Origin: Myxococcales bacterium
GTDB lineage: Bacteria > Myxococcota_A > Polyangia > Polyangiales > DASUME01
Assembly (NCBI GenBank): GCA_047601445.1
Contig: JASGJH010000001.1
Coordinates: 8,000,001-8,064,000 of the forward strand
Direction: 5' to 3'
DNA: 64,000 nt
In this document: positions 59,880 to 64,000 of the stretch, in pieces
Layout: every line of letters begins with the position of its first letter
Numbering within the stretch: the first letter of the stretch is position 1
The notes under the pieces: generated by a model
The model's database searches: none
What the model saw: the letters and a program-made list of their open reading frames with translations, nothing else
What the model was told of the DNA's origin: nothing
Program-made: the position numbers and the translations under genes

Positions 59880-61382
59880 ATGCGCATTCTGCTCACCTGG
59901 TCGGACCGATCCGCGCTCGAGAATCCGCGCTCCCATCAGGTCAAGCGCTCCTCACAAGACCGGGGACCAGTGCTGCGCCTGCTCGACCAGGAGGAGAGTC
60001 AAGGGGCCTACGACGCAGCTTGGGTGCTCACCACGCCATCTCACGAGCTGGCAAGCCGCGATCTCATCCAGGAAATGCAGCGTTCCATCCGTACGGTCGA
60101 GCTCAAGGTACTGGCCGTCGATGATCCATCCGACCACGAGAAGCTCTTTCGGGCGCTCATGCCCATCGTCCAAGCGGTGCCCGCTCAGGCCGAAGTGACC
60201 TGCGTACTCAGTGCCGGTACGCCCCAAGCGCAAACCCTGTGGGTCGTGCTGGTGAAGTCGGGGTTGCTCCAGGCGCGTATGGTGCAGGTGATTCCGCCCG
60301 CCTTCGTGCCGCATCCGCACCCCAAGGCCATCCGCGAGGTCAACCTCGACATCGTGGGCTTTCCGGAGATCAGGGCGCTGCGCGCGGAGGTCCTCCAGCT
60401 ACGCGCTCGGGCGGGGGCCCGGGCGGGCATGATCGGGCACAGTGCGCCGATGGAGCAGCTGGTGAGCCGCATCGGGCGCGTCGCCACGGCACGCGTGCCT
60501 ATCCTGGTGTTCGGCGAGACTGGCAGCGGCAAGGAGCTCGTGGCGCGTGCGATCCATGCGGCCAGCGAGCGCGCCGCGGGTCCGTTCTTGGCTGAGAACT
60601 GTGGAGCGCTTCCCGAAGGGACTCTGGAGAGTGAGCTATTCGGCCACGAACGCGGGGCGTTCACAGGAGCGGCGCAGCGTCGCAAGGGATTGTTCGAGAT
60701 GGCCCACGGAGGCACCTTGTTTCTCGACGAGCTCGGTGAAGCAGGGGCGAAAGTCCAGGTCCGCTTGCTGCGTGTGCTGGAAGACGGTGTTCTGCGGCGC
60801 GTGGGAGGCGAACAGGAAGTTCGCGTCGACGTGCGCATCGTGGCGGCTACCCACCGTGATCTCGCGCGGATGGTGCGTGAGGGAACCTTCCGCGAGGACC
60901 TCTACTATCGGCTGAAGGGCGCCGTGCTCGAGGTTCCGCCTCTGCGCGAACGCATGGCGGATCTCGAAGAGCTGGTGGTTCATTTTCTCGACCAGCATGG
61001 AGGTTCGCGGCCCATGCCCACCCGTGCGGCCTGGCGCGCTCTGCAAGGCTATTCCTGGCCAGGCAACATCCGCGAGCTCCGGGCCGAGGTCGCACGCTGG
61101 CTGGTCTTCTGCGACGAGCGTGTCGAACTGGAAGATCTCTCCCAGGAAATTCGAGCGAGCGCCGGCGTCCAATCAGGCCCTGTGGGCAAGCGTACACGTG
61201 AACTCACGCCGAACCTCACCAGCAGAGGAAAGCCGCGCGTTCTCTCGGAGCTCGTCGAGGAGCTCGAGCAGAGAGCCATCGAAAGTGCACTGGAGCGCAA
61301 CGAGGGCAATCTCTCGCGCGCCGCTCGCGACCTCGGAATCGATCGCAATACGCTCAAACGAAAGCTGCCAGGGCGAAAGTAG
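59880..61382 (+). CDS. Sigma54-dependent activator with N-terminal CARF-like domain (RtcR-like)
   Basis: DDPSDH...SAGTPQ N-domain, GETGSGKE, GAFTGA, FLDE, WPGNIREL, Fis-type HTH; divergent from rtcB. Confidence 0.88.
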   Translation: MRILLTWSDRSALENPRSHQVKRSSQDRGPVLRLLDQEESQGAYDAAWVLTTPSHELASRDLIQEMQRSIRTVELKVLAVDDPSDHEKLFRALMPIVQAVPAQAEVTCVLSAGTPQAQTLWVVLVKSGLLQARMVQVIPPAFVPHPHPKAIREVNLDIVGFPEIRALRAEVLQLRARAGARAGMIGHSAPMEQLVSRIGRVATARVPILVFGETGSGKELVARAIHAASERAAGPFLAENCGALPEGTLESELFGHERGAFTGAAQRRKGLFEMAHGGTLFLDELGEAGAKVQVRLLRVLEDGVLRRVGGEQEVRVDVRIVAATHRDLARMVREGTFREDLYYRLKGAVLEVPPLRERMADLEELVVHFLDQHGGSRPMPTRAAWRALQGYSWPGNIRELRAEVARWLVFCDERVELEDLSQEIRASAGVQSGPVGKRTRELTPNLTSRGKPRVLSELVEELEQRAIESALERNEGNLSRAARDLGIDRNTLKRKLPGRK

Positions 61383-61409
61383 TTGCCTGAGCGCTGCACT
61401 TTGGAGCGC

Positions 61410-62027
61410 CTAGGCGAAATCCCTACACACGATCACCGCAAAGTCGTCCTGCAGCCTTCCCGACGGCAGCCGAGAAGCGCGCAGCAGAAGCTCCGGGATG
61501 AGCTCGAGATCGGGTGAGCGTACGATATCCAGCAGCCGCTCGCGCCGGCAGTACTTGAAGAGGCCGTCGGAGCCGAGCACGAGCGTGCCGCGCATGGGCA
61601 CTGGGCCGAAGGGGACGGCTGAACAGCGTCCCGAGCCCACCAGCGGCTTTCTGTTTTGGTTCTCTGTGAGCATGATCTCGTCGGTGTTCGAGACGAGCCA
61701 GGCTTCCGAATCGCCGACGCAGGCGCCTTGAATCTCGCCATCGGCCACGACGGCGACCAGTGCAGTGGTCAGGCCTGCTGAGGCAAGGGGCGGCGATTGG
61801 TCTATCGCGTGCAATGTGTCCACGAGCAAAGCTCTGGTGCTTTTGTTCGCATGTGGAGCGACGCGCCCGATGTATTGGATGACGGCTTCGGCAGCTCCGG
61901 CTGCACCCGAGGTCCCGCCCGCGCCATCGCAGACCGCCAGAAGACTTCCAGTCGCCCAGGACCCGATGTGCAGGCGGTCGTGACCTTGCGCGCCCGCGGG
62001 CTGAACGAGACTTCTGATCTTGAGCAT
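61410..62027 (-). CDS. PP2C-family protein phosphatase
   Basis: AVCDGAGG, TT, VGDS, LGSDGL, DD motifs. Confidence 0.85.
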   Translation of the reverse strand: MLKIRSLVQPAGAQGHDRLHIGSWATGSLLAVCDGAGGTSGAAGAAEAVIQYIGRVAPHANKSTRALLVDTLHAIDQSPPLASAGLTTALVAVVADGEIQGACVGDSEAWLVSNTDEIMLTENQNRKPLVGSGRCSAVPFGPVPMRGTLVLGSDGLFKYCRRERLLDIVRSPDLELIPELLLRASRLPSGRLQDDFAVIVCRDFA

Positions 62028-62140
62028 GCTGCTCCAACGCTTCGAGGGGGCAGTCTAGTCCGCGCTCGACATCCCTTGGGCAGGGGTGAACGCCCTCCTT
62101 CGCCATCGCCCGCCCCCTGCCACCGTGCTAGCCGCGGGCC

Positions 62141-63265
62141 ATGCAGGTTTTCGTGGTCGTAGCGATTGTGCTGTGTGCTGGGGCGCTGGCGGCTTGTGGG
62201 GACGAGCCCGTCGAGAAGGTGTCGGAGGGAGTAGCCTGTGGCTCCGATGCGAACTGCTTCGACGGTCACGTATGCGTCGCGGCTAGCGCGGCGAAGGGGA
62301 AGGTCTGCACGCGAACGTGTGTGGACACGCAGTCGGCACCCGAGGGCTTTTACTGTGGCGATGGCGAGCGCCCGATCGGCTGCGAGGGCGCTGACGAGAG
62401 CGAGTGTGCTAGCTGCGGCTGCGCCGACGACGCCGAGCTTTGTGAGCCAGGGGTGGGGTGTCACCCGCGCGCTGCGGTAGGGGAGGCGTGCGACGATGAC
62501 AACGATTGCGCGTCGAGCAACTGCAGCACCTTCGCTGGCGTGTGCCGCGTGGCGGTAGGCAGCGCGTGCACGGCGGACAACTGCGACATCTGCTGGACGT
62601 TGCCCGACTGGTCTTGGTGCAGCCGCGAGTGCACGAGCTATCAGTGCGGCACCAGTGGCACTTGTCTTGGAAACAGCATCGATCCGTACACCTGCAGGCC
62701 CATCTGCGCCGGGAGCGTAGATTCTAGCTGTCCTGGCTCGTGTAGCGCGCTGGTCGATGATCCCTCGCAGCACTACTGCGAGTGCCCCGACTGCGACATC
62801 AAGGAACCGCCTCATCAGCTGGGCGAGCTCTGTCGAGAGGACAGTCAGTGCACCACCCAGAACTGCATGCTCGTCCTCGAGGACTGCGAGCGCTCGTTTT
62901 CAGGCTGCAGGTATCTCGGGGTGTGCAGCAAGGCTTGTACGACCAGCGCCGATTGCGAGGCAGGCAGCCGCTGCGGCGAGGGGCACTGTCTGATGCCCTG
63001 TGACCCCATGACCTACGAAGACTGCCCGACGGGAACCAGTTGCGCGCTGACGACGGTCGTGGAGGGCGTGACCGGGATGCCGCTCTGCGACCCGCGCCAT
63101 GTGAATGGTACCCCCTGCCACGGAGATACGGACTGTCAGAGTGGAGTGTGCACCGCGGGCCTCTGTCGCGGGAAGGTGAGTCTGGGGTACGCGTGCGTCA
63201 CCGAAACCGACTGCATCGAAGGCCACTGCTGCGGCGGCAAGTGCGCGTCGGCCTGCCAGAACTAG
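62141..63265 (+). CDS. Highly Cys-rich lipoprotein
   Basis: LAAC lipobox; many G..C..D.DC.S..C repeats. Confidence 0.8.
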   Translation: MQVFVVVAIVLCAGALAACGDEPVEKVSEGVACGSDANCFDGHVCVAASAAKGKVCTRTCVDTQSAPEGFYCGDGERPIGCEGADESECASCGCADDAELCEPGVGCHPRAAVGEACDDDNDCASSNCSTFAGVCRVAVGSACTADNCDICWTLPDWSWCSRECTSYQCGTSGTCLGNSIDPYTCRPICAGSVDSSCPGSCSALVDDPSQHYCECPDCDIKEPPHQLGELCREDSQCTTQNCMLVLEDCERSFSGCRYLGVCSKACTTSADCEAGSRCGEGHCLMPCDPMTYEDCPTGTSCALTTVVEGVTGMPLCDPRHVNGTPCHGDTDCQSGVCTAGLCRGKVSLGYACVTETDCIEGHCCGGKCASACQN

Positions 63266-63595
63266 AGCGCATCTCACAACCTGCTCTGTCGGCTTTCGGC
63301 CGATACGACGCCATCTTCGGCCATCCGAGTCCGCTGCGGAAATGCGCTGCATTTCGTCGGTCCTCGGACGCCGAAGCGGACGCCGTCTCGACCGAAATCC
63401 TCGGTCGCGGGCTATGAGATGCGCTCTAGGCGTCGAGAGTAAGGTGGATGGTGCGGCGGTGCCGGACACGCGCGGCTGCGGATCGTCCGGCGTCCCCGCT
63501 CCGTAGTCAGGGCCACGAAACTCCCCCGCAAATGGCCCTCTGCAGACAAAGCGTCCCATCGCAGCTCGGCCCGCAGGTAGAATTGCGGGGACGGC

Positions 63596-64000
63596 GTGCG
63601 CGCTCTCCGCGACATCTGCCTTCGTGCGGTAGTCCTGGCAGCGACCATCGTCGCGGCGGGCTGCGGCCGACTCGGCTTCGAGCTGCTGGATGTGAATCCG
63701 GTGGACGGTGGCGATCCCGACGCTGGCAGGCTCGATGGTGGGCTCGACGGGGAAGTGAGTAAGCCCAGTGAGGAATCTCCCTCGGGAGACGCCGCGGCGG
63801 GCCCACACGCCGAAGGAGACGCCGGTGGGGACGGCAGCGCCGCGGATGCAGCGTCGTCAGCAAACTGCGGCAACGCCGCGGTGGAAGCCGGCGAAGAGTG
63901 CGACGATGGGGCTGCCTCTGCGACCTGCGATCCTGACTGCACCTTCGCGTCCTGCGGAGACGGCGTGACGAACGCGCTGGCAGGCGAGGCCTGCGACGAC
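63596..64000 (+). CDS. Lipoprotein with myxobacterial cysteine-rich repeats (partial)
   Basis: Manual translation: AAGC lipobox, CGNAAVEAGEECDDG, CGDGVTNALAGEACDD; runs off window. Confidence 0.8.
   Translation, partial: MRALRDICLRAVVLAATIVAAGCGRLGFELLDVNPVDGGDPDAGRLDGGLDGEVSKPSEESPSGDAAAGPHAEGDAGGDGSAADAASSANCGNAAVEAGEECDDGAASATCDPDCTFASCGDGVTNALAGEACDD

Overview
GC-rich bacterial chromosome window, most likely from a myxobacterium (Myxococcota), judged from Cys-rich GDGD/DAG-linker lipoproteins, CGDG/CDDG cysteine repeats and an NBD-only Hsp70. Bases 1-17.8 kb hold host genes: DEAD/DEAH helicase, surE, heme A synthase, tpx, a MepA-like peptidase and lipid acyltransferases. Bases 17852-53600 are a ~35.7 kb podovirus-like prophage integrated at the anticodon loop of tRNA-Leu(TAG), with a 14-bp att core and TGGAGCCA arm-type repeats at both ends. 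The tRNA is restored by a divergent 3' half whose changes are all compensatory. The prophage carries a minus-strand virion operon (TerS, portal, scaffold, capsid, adaptor, nozzle, ejection proteins, a displaced and frameshifted TerL, tailspike). It also carries a SEFIR/TIR + membrane protein + SIR2 defence-like cassette, a prim-pol replication module, three Xis-like HTH genes, a tyrosine integrase, a degenerate tRNA-Thr and two dense structured non-coding regions. No recognisable CI repressor or endolysin was seen. Right of attR are a carboxylesterase, a diheme cytochrome and a sigma54-controlled rtcB-prfH RNA-repair/ribosome-rescue operon with a divergent CARF-like activator and an extra unknown gene. 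Three +1 frameshifts all fall in GATCT contexts and may be sequencing artefacts. All product calls come from motif recognition and gene order; no database search was run.
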